From contig NMRA01000408.1 in assembly GCA_002633005.1 (NCBI GenBank), forward strand, positions 186,001-250,000: a stretch of 64,000 bases of DNA, read 5' to 3'. Of the stretch, positions 50,801 to 63,207 are shown piece after piece (position 1 is the first letter of the stretch; every line of letters begins with the position of its first letter). A program made the position numbers and the translations under genes. The notes beneath the pieces were generated by a model. It saw only the letters and a list, made by a program, of their open reading frames with translations. It ran no database searches and was not told where the DNA came from. The stretch is from Phoronis australis. Lineage: Eukaryota; Animalia; Phoronida.

Positions 50801-53800
50801 TAATTGTTCATCACACATTTCTCTTGGTACTCCTCTCTAAAAATAAAAAGGAATTGGGTTTTCAAAATGAAAGCAAAAGGCAGCATTTTGTAAAATTGGA
50901 CAACCGTACTAGTTGCTTTCTGAATAGCTTGGAAAATTTCCCCATAGTAATATGGAAATGAAGTAAATTCTATTAGTAAACCCCATCATGCAATGCGGTG
51001 CATGGGTTGGACCAATGCAGATAGCCATGCTCATAAGTATTCTGATTCAACTACGATAAAAATTCTCCAATTTGGACAGTTTCTAGAATTTGAGATAGGG
51101 AAAATTAAAATTTTGTTGATTCTGGAATTTGGGACAAGGGCGATTTTTGCCATATTTCTTAAATTTCAGACAACGTGTTAGTAATCTACTGAGTGGGTAA
51201 TTTTGAAGTCCTCCCGGGGATTCTTGAATTTGAGACAGCCAATATTGCCTATTTCTAGAATTTGGCACAAGCTCCGACCTTGAGCAAAAATTTTCTCCAT
51301 CTAAAATTGGAAAATTTTTACCGTACTAGACGCAGTGCCAAGTTCAGCTACACGTTAGCCGCAGTATCTGAACTATGCACTGTAGCATCAAAAGAGTCCA
51401 AATTTCACAGTCTGGGCACAGTACAAATGAGAACTATCAATAATTTGTATCTATGCCCTGCAGTGAGCTACCTGTATGCACTTGTAGTGTCTTCTTACTA
51501 CTTGGGGCAACTCTCTTTAATATGCATGTTATTCAGCAGCGTAAGCCAGTGAGTATCAAATCATTATATTAAGGTAAACCTTAGGCTTAGCCCAGTACGT
51601 ACAAAGATAATTCCTCCTCCATGAGTGGTGAGGCAGCGGCACACAGAGCATCAGCATTGGCCAGCAACACTTTACTGATGAAACCACCGCCTACCAGTTT
51701 ACTGGCTATAGCTGGAATGAAACAGACATCGAATACTCATATTGTGGGAGTGGCTTAGTAGTGTGATGGACACAACAACATTACTGATGAAACCACCGCC
51801 TACCAGTTTACTGGCTATAGCTGGAATGAAACAGACACAGAATATTCATATTGTGGCAATGCCCTAATGGTGTGACGGACACAGTAACACTTATTGATGA
51901 AACAACTGCCTACCAATTTACTGGCTACATCTGAAGTGAAACAGACATACAATACTCATATTGTGGGAGTGGCTTAGTGGTGTGATAGACACAGCAACTT
52001 TACTGATGAAACCACCGCCTACTTCTTTACTGGCTAATTAGCTTGGATGAGACAGACATACAATACTCATATTGTGGGAGTGGCTTAGTAGTGTGATGGA
52101 CACAGCAACTTTACTGATGAAACCACCGCCTACCAGTTTACTGGCTATATCTGGCATGAAACAGACATACATTACTCATATTGTGGGAGTGGCTTAGTAG
52201 TGTGATAGACACAACAACTTTACTGATGAAACCACCGCCTACCAGTTTACTGGCTATAGCGGGGATGAAACAGACACACAACATTTAATCTCACTAAAAA
52301 TTGACCAATACAGTCCACCTTCACCTGTGATTGACAGCATTTCATGGCACACAAAGCCTTAATCCTGGTGAGAACATAATCCTATCATTTAGATCTTAGA
52401 GTGACACTTATCAAGTCAATATATCTTTTTCATCAATCAACTTTCTTAATTCTACTTAAATATTAATCAATAGTCCTTTATTGGGGAGAAATTAACAGTA
52501 TTCATTTCCGATTTTGCATAAACCCGGCCTAGTATCCTGAATTGAGGTAACTCTGCAGAAATGAAACTCAAATACTCAAAGACTGGCTATTTGGAATGCT
52601 GATACCTGAGGGCCTAGTTTTATTTTCATTTAAACTGAGTATGCACAAAACTTTGATGAAGAAATTCAGGAGCTTTTCAAGGACTTTTGAGGGTAGTTCA
52701 AGGTATACTCGATTCAAAGTCGAGGCCATTTTAGTTCAACTTTGTAAGCAATAACCCCAACCACACTTTCACAACTGGGAAAATCTTTAAAACAAAGTAA
52801 TCACATTGGAAAACTTGATGTTATGCATTTTCAACCACTAATGCAAAAATGTACAACAAAAAACGGCGGCTACTCATGACTTTTTAAAAATTTGTTTTTG
52901 CAATAAAAAATTAAAATGACAGACACTTACAATTAAGTTCTTTAAATACTTCAGAGGCTAAAACCTGAAATTCAAGGGCTTTTCCAAGGTCAGAACTACA
53001 GTCCAGGACTATTCAAGGCCAAAGCTCTAAATTCGATTCAGGGCAAACCATATTTAAAACCTCGACATAAAAGTACACAAGAGCAGACAAACAAAACAAA
53101 GAACCTATTACGTGGAAACAGATATTAACAGCTAATCAATGACTAAGCTCAGTCATTTTGTTTGTAACGGTTCTATTAACATCAACATCAGACTGACGTG
53201 AACAAATCATTGCTCAACCTGAGAGTTGACCATTACATTGCCTACACTCAAATTAGCTACTAGATTACTTGGAAATAAGAATGCCTGGTAATATCCTGTA
53301 CACGACAATACAATTATTAGTTCTAATGCATTCCGGCAGATCACTTACAGGCCCCAAGATAATGCAATAATGCAGGCAAAGAAACAGACATGATATGGAG
53401 ACTAGAAATTGACAGTAGCTAGTACACAAACAGCTCCATAACAACAAATACTCAAGAAAAATAATTCCTATCGTGCAAGATTGAAGAAGCAAAATTACTC
53501 ATTGCTTTTATAGATGTTTCTACAAACTTATGCATGACCATACGAACGTTTACCGCTTTGGCGTCCTTAAAATATTTTTGAATCCTCTCACCCTGCTCCA
53601 TTTCCTCTGAATAAAAAATCTCCAATTTCGGAAAGTTGAATTAATTACTTTGCTCAAGGCTGGAGATTGTATGGAATTTTAGAAATCGGTAATACTGGGC
53701 GTCTCAAATTAAAAAAATCACCAGAAATACAGCAAAACCGTTCTGTCTATTTTTTCAGATACAAAACGCTGTGTCCAAAATTTGAGAAATACGAAGAACA

Positions 53801-56800
53801 CCAAAATCGCCCATGTCCCAGTTTTAAGAATCAATAAAATTCAATGTCTGTTGGAAGATTGGTGCCCCACATTTTAGAGACTGTCCCAACTTGGAGAATT
53901 TTAACGAGGTAGGTAGGAAAAATATTTCATTTAGTTCCACTTTTACTTTTTGAGAAGTACCGATAAGAACTGCAGACATGCTCCGTTTTGAGCCCCACAC
54001 ATATTTTACAGGCAAAGTTTGAAACAATTTGTTCTGATCTTTGCTTCCATCTAAATATTGAAATCAATCCATCCACTTCTTTAGCCGTCGTTGATATTTG
54101 TTTCATTTTCACGTCTAACAAATGAATGTACTACGTACCTTTCTTTAACCTTAAGTCATATAATTCATTGCGTAGCCACTATCTGGAGCATATTATGATT
54201 CAAACATTCATCAAGTATATTGCTGAAGATTTGCATAAATTTCAACTTACATGAACTGGGCAACATGGGAAAGCTAGGCGTGGTCAGAATGGGTATAGAC
54301 GGGTACTCTCGCTGAACTCCGTCAGATGTAGCCAGATTGGAACCAACACTCGCCGATTTGTTGAATGTGCTCATGGAGCTGATGCGACGTGACGGGCCGC
54401 GTGGTGACTTGGAGCCATCTGTTGGCACGGAGAAGAATATTTATTGAACAACAACAATGTTTCAAGCTGTTTGATTTTTGTATCTTTAACACAATAAGGT
54501 TCACAACTTAATAGAAACATACAAACATCACACAAACATCATCGTCTTACTTTACTAATTGCAACAGCATTTGCGTGAAGGCCATCAAAAACAATTTATG
54601 TCATAACACAGAGTCAAGGCCAGAAGACTTAACCTGCAGCATTCTAGGGCACACACACTACAATGAACTCATCTGACACATGACCGCAGCAAAATGTCAG
54701 AAAACTTGATATTACAACTGAGATATTTGCCAAAGTTCAATGTACGAGAGTGGCAGGTCTCACCGCGTCGTTCAAGCCTCGGCGAGCTCAGAGGGGACTT
54801 GGCTTCTGCGTTAGCTGCCTCTTCAGCGAACTTGACAAAACTGGGTACAGACGCAGGTGAAACTGGGGGGTGATGAATTGTGGGGTGAAGGTGGAGTTGC
54901 TGTTCTGTCTGGGCATTTTGTTCATCGACAGCCTTCTCTGTGTGTTCTATGATTTGTCTAATAGCTTTCTTGAGACTATTGGCTCTTGACATCAGTGCGT
55001 CACGTGACCTGAATATAGCTTGCTGAAATATTAGAATTGAAAATGCATTAGAACTTAGCCAGTAAAAAGTCCTACAGGATTAAACCAGAGAATTTGTGAA
55101 CGGAAAAAACATTGAGGTAAAACACAAAGTGTAAAAACACGTTATTAAACAAACATTCACGAGATATTAATTTTATTGTTACCAGCTCCAAAAAAATCTT
55201 CTCATTGAATGATGCAATCAGGCTTCAATTTGGTATTTGTAACTTGCTCTTAATTTCCATAAATAAACACAATGCTGAACACAGTCCCAGTACTTGAAAT
55301 TCCTCTTGCGGGTGACAGTTGGCACAATTTTCTGAAAGTTTCAATGCTGCCCACTAACAACACAAATCCTCACATGTGTCTTTGGGGCTGGCCTGTCCAT
55401 CATCTCTGGCTCCTCCTCTTCCTGTGGCTGTTCCTCCTGAGTGACTAACACCTCTGGACCAGGTGAGTGAGTCATAACACACGATGCTTCTGCCTCTTCA
55501 TTCAGTGTGTTCAACAGGGAGTTTAACTTTTCATTCAGAGTTGCACACTGAAACATAAGCACTAAAAGTGAGTGCCTAATAAATAGTTTAACAAAAGATC
55601 AACGAATCGCTGAATACTTGTATTTTGAACTTTTGCTGAATGATGTTAATTGCCCAATGTACATGCTGAAAACACTCCAATTGAAATCTCCAGTTTACTT
55701 AGATATAGCGGTTCAAGGCGGACCTCGCTGAAGGTGCTTCCAGTAAAGTGGGGATGTTTTGCTTATTATCAGGTATTTCAAATCTGTTCTGTCAATTTCT
55801 GTGAAAATTAAATTAATAAAACGAGTAATTTTTCAAAACCAAAGACGTGAGGGAGAGAGTCTATTCTGGAAATGTGAGTATATTCAAAACAGCTGCGTTC
55901 CCTCACTTTTCCATCCTGATAACTAAACTCTATAGTCGAGATGACAGTCTATTTTCAATCCCAGACCCAGTGCAAAGACGCCAGGAACAGGACACAAAGC
56001 AAACACAACAGTAACACAGCCACTACCACACAGTGCTTGCATTGTGCCATATTCTTTCGGTTTGATGAGTTTAGATTAATTTTGTATTTGTTTTTGTAAA
56101 AATAAACAGAAATAGTTATTAGATTATTCCCAAAACACCTTCAAAAAGTTAATATTAAATATTCCTCTTTAACGTTCATTAAATTTAACAGAAAATAAAG
56201 CAAAATGTTTTATTTAAGTTGGCCAGCAATCACTACAAATATCACGCAAAAGTAAGGTACAGTAATTTCTTATTCATGGAATACTATAAACTATAAAGTA
56301 ATTGCTGTTTCCATCTAAGAATGACATCATGCTGCTACGAATGAGTTTTTCTTTCTCGAAATCAATGACATTAATTTCATAACCCCAGACTCTTATCTTG
56401 AATGCCCTACACAAGGTGAAAACAATATAAACACCAGCAGAATTTTGTTGGACACCATTAAAACAGCGGTTTACCTTCCTGCTGATAGATGTCTCTGGAT
56501 TCTCACCCACATCATCTTCATGAGCTTTGCCCACCTTGGCCACGAAATCCTTCACCGTTTCACACAACACTCTGAAATAATAGTCAGAACAATGATTCAA
56601 GGAAATAGATTTTGATCTAAGAAATATCACGTTGTAAAATTGACAGAAGGAGTTAACTCGAATTTTAATAACATTTTTACTGCAGCACAAATTGTACATT
56701 TCAATAGAACAATACAGGAAGTCGAAAAGTTACTCAGCCTCAAGAACAATTGACCTATCGCAAGCTCCGCCCCCATGTGAAATGTCGACAAGCAAACAAT

Positions 56801-59800
56801 AACTTTTACCCGGCAATGTGTTCTTTGTCGCGTAAAATGGCGGCTTGGAAACGAAGGTGTGTCAAGAATGTTGCATCCTGATTGGTCCGTCAAGCTGTCA
56901 CTCAAAATCCTGGCGACAGGTCAATTAAAGAAATTATTGACTACTTAAGGTAAAAAAATGTTATGTTGATTACTTTGCTGATGATATCACAACTGCATGA
57001 TCGTCAGAGTAGAGTATCTTTGATAAGTGCTTTGCCACGGAGTCCTCATACACTGATATGGGGTCAAACTGCTGAGATATTTTCCTTGGGGCTGGCATCA
57101 GGCCTTCGTATGTGAAAATACTCCACCTGGGAGAAGGTACACGCGATTAAGACAAGAACAAAACTTGATGGAAGAACCATAACTGAGCACTGTCAAGCAA
57201 TAGTTTAGGCAAGCAATCAAGAAATATTAAATTGTATGGTTCGACCATACGTGCACAAGATGTGAGACACGGAAAAAGTTTCCTGGCCACTCTAATGCAT
57301 GGATAAATTTTCTCTTAAACTGAGAATATGTCAACAAATTTTATTTATTGTTAGTGATTTGCGCCGGTATGAAATGACAAAAAAGTTAAAAATAATCTAA
57401 AGACCCATTGGACGCCAAGCTCTGACCCAAATTACTGATTGCTACAACATGCATAAGCCACTCAAGCAACTTTGAAATGCAAAGAAAAATAGCACGAGAC
57501 TGTAGAGTTAATTGACAGAGAGGTCTAAAGCTATGAACAAGACCCTTTTACTTATCAAATGGTATGCTTCTCATGAAGGACTACTGGGAACTTCCACTTA
57601 CATGGAAACTTATTTCCAGGGGGTATTTATTTGACCTGACATCAAGTAGAATTACATATTTTTACAAGGCTGGCTTAAGTGCACTTATGTTAGGTACAAG
57701 CATCTTTGATACTTTACATCCTGTGATAGTTTGTCATGACAATTACCTGTCGAGCATTTTGATTTGAGAATGTTCAAGTTTCTCCAGCACAGCAGGTAGC
57801 TGCGCATCGTCGACAAAGTTGCCGCCCCAGCCCAACACGCGAGCTAAGTCATTGCCTGTACCCAAGGGAAGGATACCAATCTGACACTGCAAAATGGAGA
57901 ATATAGAGATATAACTAGGTCAACAAAGACCGATGCTAAATACATTTAACAAAACTAAAGCCGCATCCAGTACCGGATGTTTCAAAACTGCTAAAAGCTT
58001 ATTATCTGAGTTCCGCAGTACAGACTCAATTGATGTGGATTTAACAATATTCATTAATCCTAAATGATATTGATTTTCACATTTCGTATGAAAGCAATTT
58101 AATTGCAGTACTTAACAAACCTTGTCCACATGAAATCTGGACAACAAGCAAACGGAGCTATGATTACTTCATGGATTTAGTATTCAGTCAATGTTGAAAC
58201 TATGATCCTGAATTTAGTCGAGTCTGAAGACGTACCCAACATGACAAGACCAATGCAGGGACCTTTGATTGTATTGATCAATAGTACAGGCCAAAAGTAA
58301 TCACAATTCTTCACTTATTTTGCACAAAAACACTAATATTACCAAAAATTTTTAGTTTCAAGGGCCAATTACCGTGCTGCAATTAATGAAAACTTTGTCA
58401 ATCATCGTTATATGACAACCCAAGGTAAGAAATAGACTAACTCTCCATAGTACACACGGCAACTGGCCCAGAGTACAAAGTTACAAATAGTCAAATATTA
58501 TCACTCAACTTTTAATCTTTATTTTAGTTGGCAAATAAACGAGTTACTATGACTACATTCATGATCAATAAGCGGGAGAAAAAACTGGTCCTGAAATGAA
58601 ACGTTGCCTGGGTAATAGAGAATCACCAACCTGGCGATGAATGTTCATGTGGTCAATCTCATTCAGTACCCAGCCTATACTGCCATCTCCACCACAGACA
58701 AGGATTCGGAATGGATCAAAGTTCTGGAATAGTCTCACCCTGTGAACGAGTACAAAATGCGCAACATGAATCAGGTATGCCGTCATCGGTTTTTGGTCAT
58801 GTCTTCTAGTTCGTGCAGTAAATGTTGTGTTTTTCAATCTCCTCCAAATAAAACTTTGACAACAGTCACTAACAGGGGTCCCCGGAAAGCATTCAATGGA
58901 TAAAACTGGTTCTCATAATGTGAGTCCAGTGTAACTGACTATTACTAAAACTTTTACTACCACAAACAACAAATAAGAATCACACAGAATTTCTAAACAA
59001 AATATTCAGATCTTCACCCACACGCCAGTCATCTGATGTTATGTAGGACCTTATATGCAAGTCTTAGTCAAATATCTTCAAAACCGTAGGTTTTAATTCA
59101 GTAAAAGTATATATTTTCTAAACTTTGATAGCCTGTAAATTTGATTTTTACTATATGATCATCTGCTATTAAACGGGTAACGCGACCATGTGCTTTTAGT
59201 AAAATTTAGTGAAAAGGAAACTAAAGGTACACTCATAGGAAACCAAAAGTATCAAGAAAATGGGTAAATTTCGTTTGCCTCTTAATTTTCTAAGTTCCTT
59301 TTCATATTATGCAAATTTTGAGTTTTTTCATTAAAACCATAAGTCCTGTTTTTGGTAAACCCTCATTCAAAAGTAGAACACTTTACGAACAATTCATACG
59401 TCGTTTTGGAGAACAGCGCACAAAGCATGGTATGCAAGAATCACCAACCATTCTGATCAACCGTTTCTGAGATTTGATGTTCCGAAGTTAGCCCCATTTC
59501 TCTAAGGTACTAGATACCATTAAGTTGCTATCGACAGCTGTTCAATATCAAGTTTAAATGTTTAGACTGCCTCAGTGAGTGGAAATGAACATTTACCCTG
59601 GTGTGGGATCGCAGTTCATGAGATCAAAGACCCGAGCACTTGAGTAGGGTTCAACAAACACTTACCCTGGTGTGGGACCGCCGTTCATGAGATCAAAGAC
59701 CTGAGCAGGGTTTAACAACTGTTTGAATCGTCGAAGAAACTTCACACCCTGAAACAATAACCAAGACATGTGACTTTGGGCTTCAGTCATAAATTTTACC

Positions 59801-62800
59801 TCACAATCCTGCTGCAATGTTACTAAAGGCACATCACAGTTTAGCAATAATCATTACAATTAATATGAAAAATTACCTGAGAAAATCATGCAATACTTGA
59901 AACACGGGTGTCCTTGGTAATATGTCAACACTATAAAAATGGACACTCAACAAAATTTTAACTTTCAATAGTTATTGATTGCAGAAATACCTATGGTCCT
60001 TTATCTTCAGCAAAGTTTTGCTTGGACAGTATACTTCATTTTTAAATTTAAATCAATCACAATTTAAACAACCGCAACTATTATGTAATATCCTAGGAAA
60101 ACAAGCCTTTATGAGCACAAAAAGAATATTTCAAAAAAATATGTGTCACTTGAATTTACTTGAATGTTTCAACTGAGAAACCATACGGAATTCACTAAAC
60201 TGACATTGTGTTTATACCAATACCAGAATTTGTCAGATAAGAGACATAAACTGTCTTATCCCTTAATTTTATAACTTAAAGGAACGCATTCACTTGTACG
60301 GGCAATTAAGTTGCCCTTGTGTAAAGAATCTTCCAACAATGCGATCCTCGTTCAGCCACTGTGATCATACTTAAAACTAATTATGCCATGAATTGTTTTG
60401 TCATTAAAAGAATTATAGTAAAAAATTACATTTTCTACTACCAACAGTTGTCTCTGTTATAAAATTGCAAAGAATCACAGCATACTTGAGCAATGGTACA
60501 CGGGCCATGCAGGGCTCCACAGGTCAAGTCAACCGTTAGTGACGGTTGCTATGATACGCGTGTTGAAGCAGTAGCATTAACAATGAAACACTGGTCAAAT
60601 ACTCGGCTCCTTCACATTGTTTAGTAGCCGAGGTATGTTTTTCAGAACTTGAAAATTTTAAATATTTTGACAGGAATTGCCAATAAAAGTGTCTTCATAA
60701 AGTTGCATATTAGACAGCAAACAGTGCTGTTATGCTTTAGAAAGGTTACAACAGGTAAAGCATATCAAAGAATGGAGAATAAATAAAATAATATTTATGT
60801 TTTTACCGAACTGTGTCTTAATCATGTCATTTTTCATTGTCGTAAATACTCTCACTGTCTAGATTCATCTCTTAATATATTTCATCTGTCTTAGTTAAAT
60901 TTTTACCATTATTTGTCATTTAGTTATTGTCTTAATTCTCAACCTGTTTTAATTGCATCTTTGTTACGTATATTTCATTGTTGTTTTATTACTTCATTGT
61001 ATTATATTACTGTTTTTCTTGTTGAGGGCCCTCTTGGAAAGCAGTGCTATCACTGAAGAGGCCACCCTCATTTTAAATATCACAATAAAAGAAAAAAAAG
61101 AATAAAAACACCAGCATTCAGAAACAACTTCAAAATAATATGCATGCACTCCTCAGTCCAGAATACACTAATAAAAGATGGCACATAGGAAAACAACATA
61201 CGTCCAGATCCTGCCTTGCGTTTAGACAGTTATTATTTTGGCAAAAAATGGCGCACTCAAGGCAAATTCAGTGAAGACTTTTCAAAATTTTTAACAACTT
61301 GACAAGAGCAACACAAACTCGAGAATCTGCATAGCACTAACAACTTAGTGACGAAAACATGGCAAATTTCAAAACAAAAACACGCAGATGTGAGCACGCA
61401 ATCCAATCGGATGTCTTCAATCATCAATAGACAAAACTCATCAATGCAAAATATGAGACAAAATGACACCAGTGAAGTGTTCTTTGATTGATCTCCTAGA
61501 AGAGAAGGTCCAAGCAAAAGGTCATCTTGGTCCATTATACAGCCAAGGGAATTTTGCTAGTCGATTATTACTTTTGGCTAAGGGGGATGAAAGACTGCCC
61601 CAGAAAGTTACAAACTGGAAGTCAGATGAGGTCTTTTGCATAAACTCACTCTGACTGAACTGACTCGGGTACATCTGCCTAAGCATCTACAACAACCATT
61701 TTGTAATGAAGTCAGTTTTTGCTATTCATCCTCAAGACACTGAATAAGCATGTTATCAAATTTCTCAAGTCCCATCTATCATCTTGAAGTACCTGCTGTA
61801 TCACACCCCTAATTTTATAAATGGACTAGTCCTGACGGTGCTCACTGAGCACTCACACACAAACATTATTTGATGCAATTAAATCCTCAACCAAATCGTA
61901 CTTGTTAAATATGGTAAACACATCCTGAGGTTACTCGGTCCTCGGAGAATTCATCATTTTTATGAAGCTGTACAAATCAGACAAATGGACTGGCTACCCA
62001 ATGGCGACGAGAGATTTTTGCACAGTCCAATTATGCAAAATTGGATAAAAACATGATACTTGTCGTCGTTAACAATATTTATTCCATTCTTTTCGTATCC
62101 TTGAGAACAAACTTCGACATTCCACTAACAGAACATTGGTAAAGTAATTGACCAAGAGACACGATTAAAAGACACACGATTTTTCAAAACATACTTGTCT
62201 TGTTTCATTCTCAAGTGGAAACAAAATTAGGCAGTAATACCACCACAAAGCAAAAGCTAGTAACATACACAGTGGGACACTGGCAAGTGTGAAATACTGC
62301 AATGAATGGGGGCTAACAGAAAAGTCATGCAAACAAGTGCAGCGTGCGGCACAACCCTGTTTGCTGCTCATTCAAAATAGGCTTCTGGAACCTAACAAAA
62401 GGGGCTTTCGCACTGGAAATTTGGAATCCCTTGATTGCCCTCCCCCCTGCTACGCAACTGTCTGGAACCTAAATATCAGCAATAGAAGCATCCTGGTAAA
62501 TGTCAGCGTTAGCTACAAGTGGGACTTATAGAGCAATAGGCTTCAGAGACAGGGTTCAGGCGTACTTAGGAAGAGTAGCAACCATATTTACATATAAAAT
62601 TAGCAATAAAATCGCTTTCCAGAGACATGAAGTTAGCAATTAATAATTCGATGTCTGACATGTTGCTTATTTGGAACGCTTCTAGGAACAGTTGCTTTAA
62701 TTGACAAACTACATGCCATTTAGTGGCTGACAGCATGGCACAGTAATAAATCATGGAAATTAAATTAAATTAAACTAGGCTTAGTCATCTCAACTCTATA

Positions 62801-63207
62801 TGCTGCCTTCTTTTAAACTTTCTTCAAAAAATATAGTGGATCAATTTCTTCTCATTGAAAATTCATTTGCGAAATTTCAGACAAAAAAATTTTTTTGTTG
62901 TTAATTTTTGAATGATTTGACCTCATTTTCCATCTGATTTCCTACTGGATTTGATCAGAACTTCAACAAAGCCAGACGAATTTCAAAGGAATTTGTAAAA
63001 TCACTGTATTATGCACTGCGAACCTACCTGATTGTCACCGCTTTTTGAGTTCACAAAGACCAAGAGAGGACTGGTACCGGCAGGTCGCGTCGCCTCCCAA
63101 AAGCCGTCCGAGTCAATGTTGTTGATGGTAATAGGGGGCAGTATAGATACCTGACACTGTCCCAGTGGGCAACGACGTGGGAAATATTGCTTGCACGCCG
63201 CGTGCAC
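44658..63207 (-). CDS. DGKD: Type II diacylglycerol kinase (delta/eta-like), 3' portion, 19 exons, ~944 aa in window; 5' PH/C1 exons lie beyond 64000
   Basis: All 19 exons are GT-AG and in phase (2835 nt). Motifs: C1 tail HAAC...[61 protein letters not shown] and a C-terminal SAM domain. The split catalytic domain plus SAM defines DGK delta/eta; which paralogue name applies cannot be decided for an invertebrate. Confidence 0.96.
45223..45433 (-). CDS. DGKD: DGK exon ([10 protein letters not shown]...[10 protein letters not shown]...LPQ)
   Basis: tttcag|CTA...G|gtaaaa, 211 nt. Confidence 0.88.
45737..45832 (-). CDS. DGKD: DGK exon ([17 protein letters not shown]...KANTV)
   Basis: tttgcag|CCG...GTG|gtatgt, 96 nt. 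Confidence 0.85.
45990..46490. repeat. Degenerate ~20-bp minisatellite (caagctcctcccaacacaag) in DGK intron
   Basis: Repeated caagctcctccc cores, decaying towards 46490. Confidence 0.85.
46556..46667 (-). CDS. DGKD: DGK exon ([20 protein letters not shown]...GRLAE)
   Basis: ttttcag|C...GAG|gtatgt, 112 nt. Confidence 0.88.
46964..47103 (-). CDS. DGKD: DGK exon (DFESTLKSW...MAFLH)
   Basis: ttccag|GAC...TG|gtacta, 140 nt. Confidence 0.9.
47607..47855 (-). CDS. DGKD: DGK exon ([15 protein letters not shown]...VQVDGEAW...MLTRDR)
   Basis: tttgtag|AAC...AGG|gtaagg, 249 nt. Confidence 0.96.
48491..48536 (-). CDS. DGKD: DGK small exon ([16 protein letters not shown])
   Basis: tttacag|T...GAC|gtaagt, 46 nt. 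Confidence 0.93.
49701..49859 (-). CDS. DGKD: DGK exon ([10 protein letters not shown]...[13 protein letters not shown])
   Basis: ttgcag|G...AG|gtaatg, 159 nt. Confidence 0.95.
50726..50836 (-). CDS. DGKD: DGK exon ([37 protein letters not shown])
   Basis: ttttag|A...AG|gtgagt, 111 nt; start of the accessory catalytic domain. Confidence 0.95.
51603..51711 (-). CDS. DGKD: DGK exon ([36 protein letters not shown])
   Basis: ttccag|CT...TT|gtacgt, 109 nt; GG..ISK.LLAN.D is conserved in type II DGKs. Confidence 0.9.
51665..52280. repeat. ~110-bp tandem repeat x6 containing a DGK acceptor site and half exon
   Basis: ttactgatgaaaccaccgcc anchors at 51672, 51781, 51891, 52000, 52111 and 52220. Confidence 0.95.
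54251..54418 (-). CDS. DGKD: DGK low-complexity linker exon (DGSKSPRG...PMLPSS)
   Basis: caacag|AT...T|gtaagt, 168 nt, phase 1-1. Confidence 0.82.
54764..55022 (-). CDS. DGKD: DGK exon ([36 protein letters not shown]...LERR)
   Basis: tttcag|CAA...G|gtgaga, 259 nt; [13 protein letters not shown] is conserved in DGKD/H. Confidence 0.9.
55374..55547 (-). CDS. DGKD: DGK exon ([12 protein letters not shown]...PAPKTH)
   Basis: tttcag|TGT...CAT|gtgagg, 174 nt. Confidence 0.9.
56475..56571 (-). CDS. DGKD: DGK exon ([15 protein letters not shown]...SISRK)
   Basis: tttcag|A...AAG|gtaaac, 97 nt. Confidence 0.93.
56974..57126 (-). CDS. DGKD: DGK exon (WSIFTYEG...[25 protein letters not shown])
   Basis: cccag|G...AA|gtaatc, 153 nt. 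Confidence 0.93.
57747..57886 (-). CDS. DGKD: DGK exon ([22 protein letters not shown]...KMLDR)
   Basis: tttgcag|TGT...AG|gtaatt, 140 nt. Confidence 0.95.
58631..58739 (-). CDS. DGKD: DGK exon with GGDG ATP-binding motif
   Basis: cacag|G...CAG|gttggt, 109 nt; [16 protein letters not shown]. Confidence 0.95.
59593..59638 (-). repeat. Partial tandem duplicate of the 3' half of DGK exon 59666-59748, with its donor
   Basis: ttaccctggtgtggga.cgc.gttcatgagatcaaagacc.gagca is repeated 70 nt downstream. Confidence 0.9.
59666..59748 (-). CDS. DGKD: DGK exon ([28 protein letters not shown])
   Basis: tttcag|GGT...GG|gtaagt, 83 nt. Confidence 0.95.
60850..61106 (+). mobile_element. 3' end remnant of a non-LTR retrotransposon (L2/CR1-clade-like)
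   Basis: T-rich 3'UTR-like tract, nested stem-loop gaggg-cctctt-cagtg/cactg-aagagg-ccctc (61024-61069), AATAAA (61084) and A-rich tail. Clade is inferred. Confidence 0.55.
63028..63207 (-). CDS. DGKD: DGK exon (VHAACKQ...[14 protein letters not shown])
   Basis: tttctag|GTG...CAG|gtaggt, 180 nt. Confidence 0.95.

Noticed and set aside
61024-61069. SECIS or other ncRNA hairpin
   Set aside because: Antisense and intronic, lacks the SECIS AUGA/GA quartet layout, and is better explained as a retroelement 3' end.
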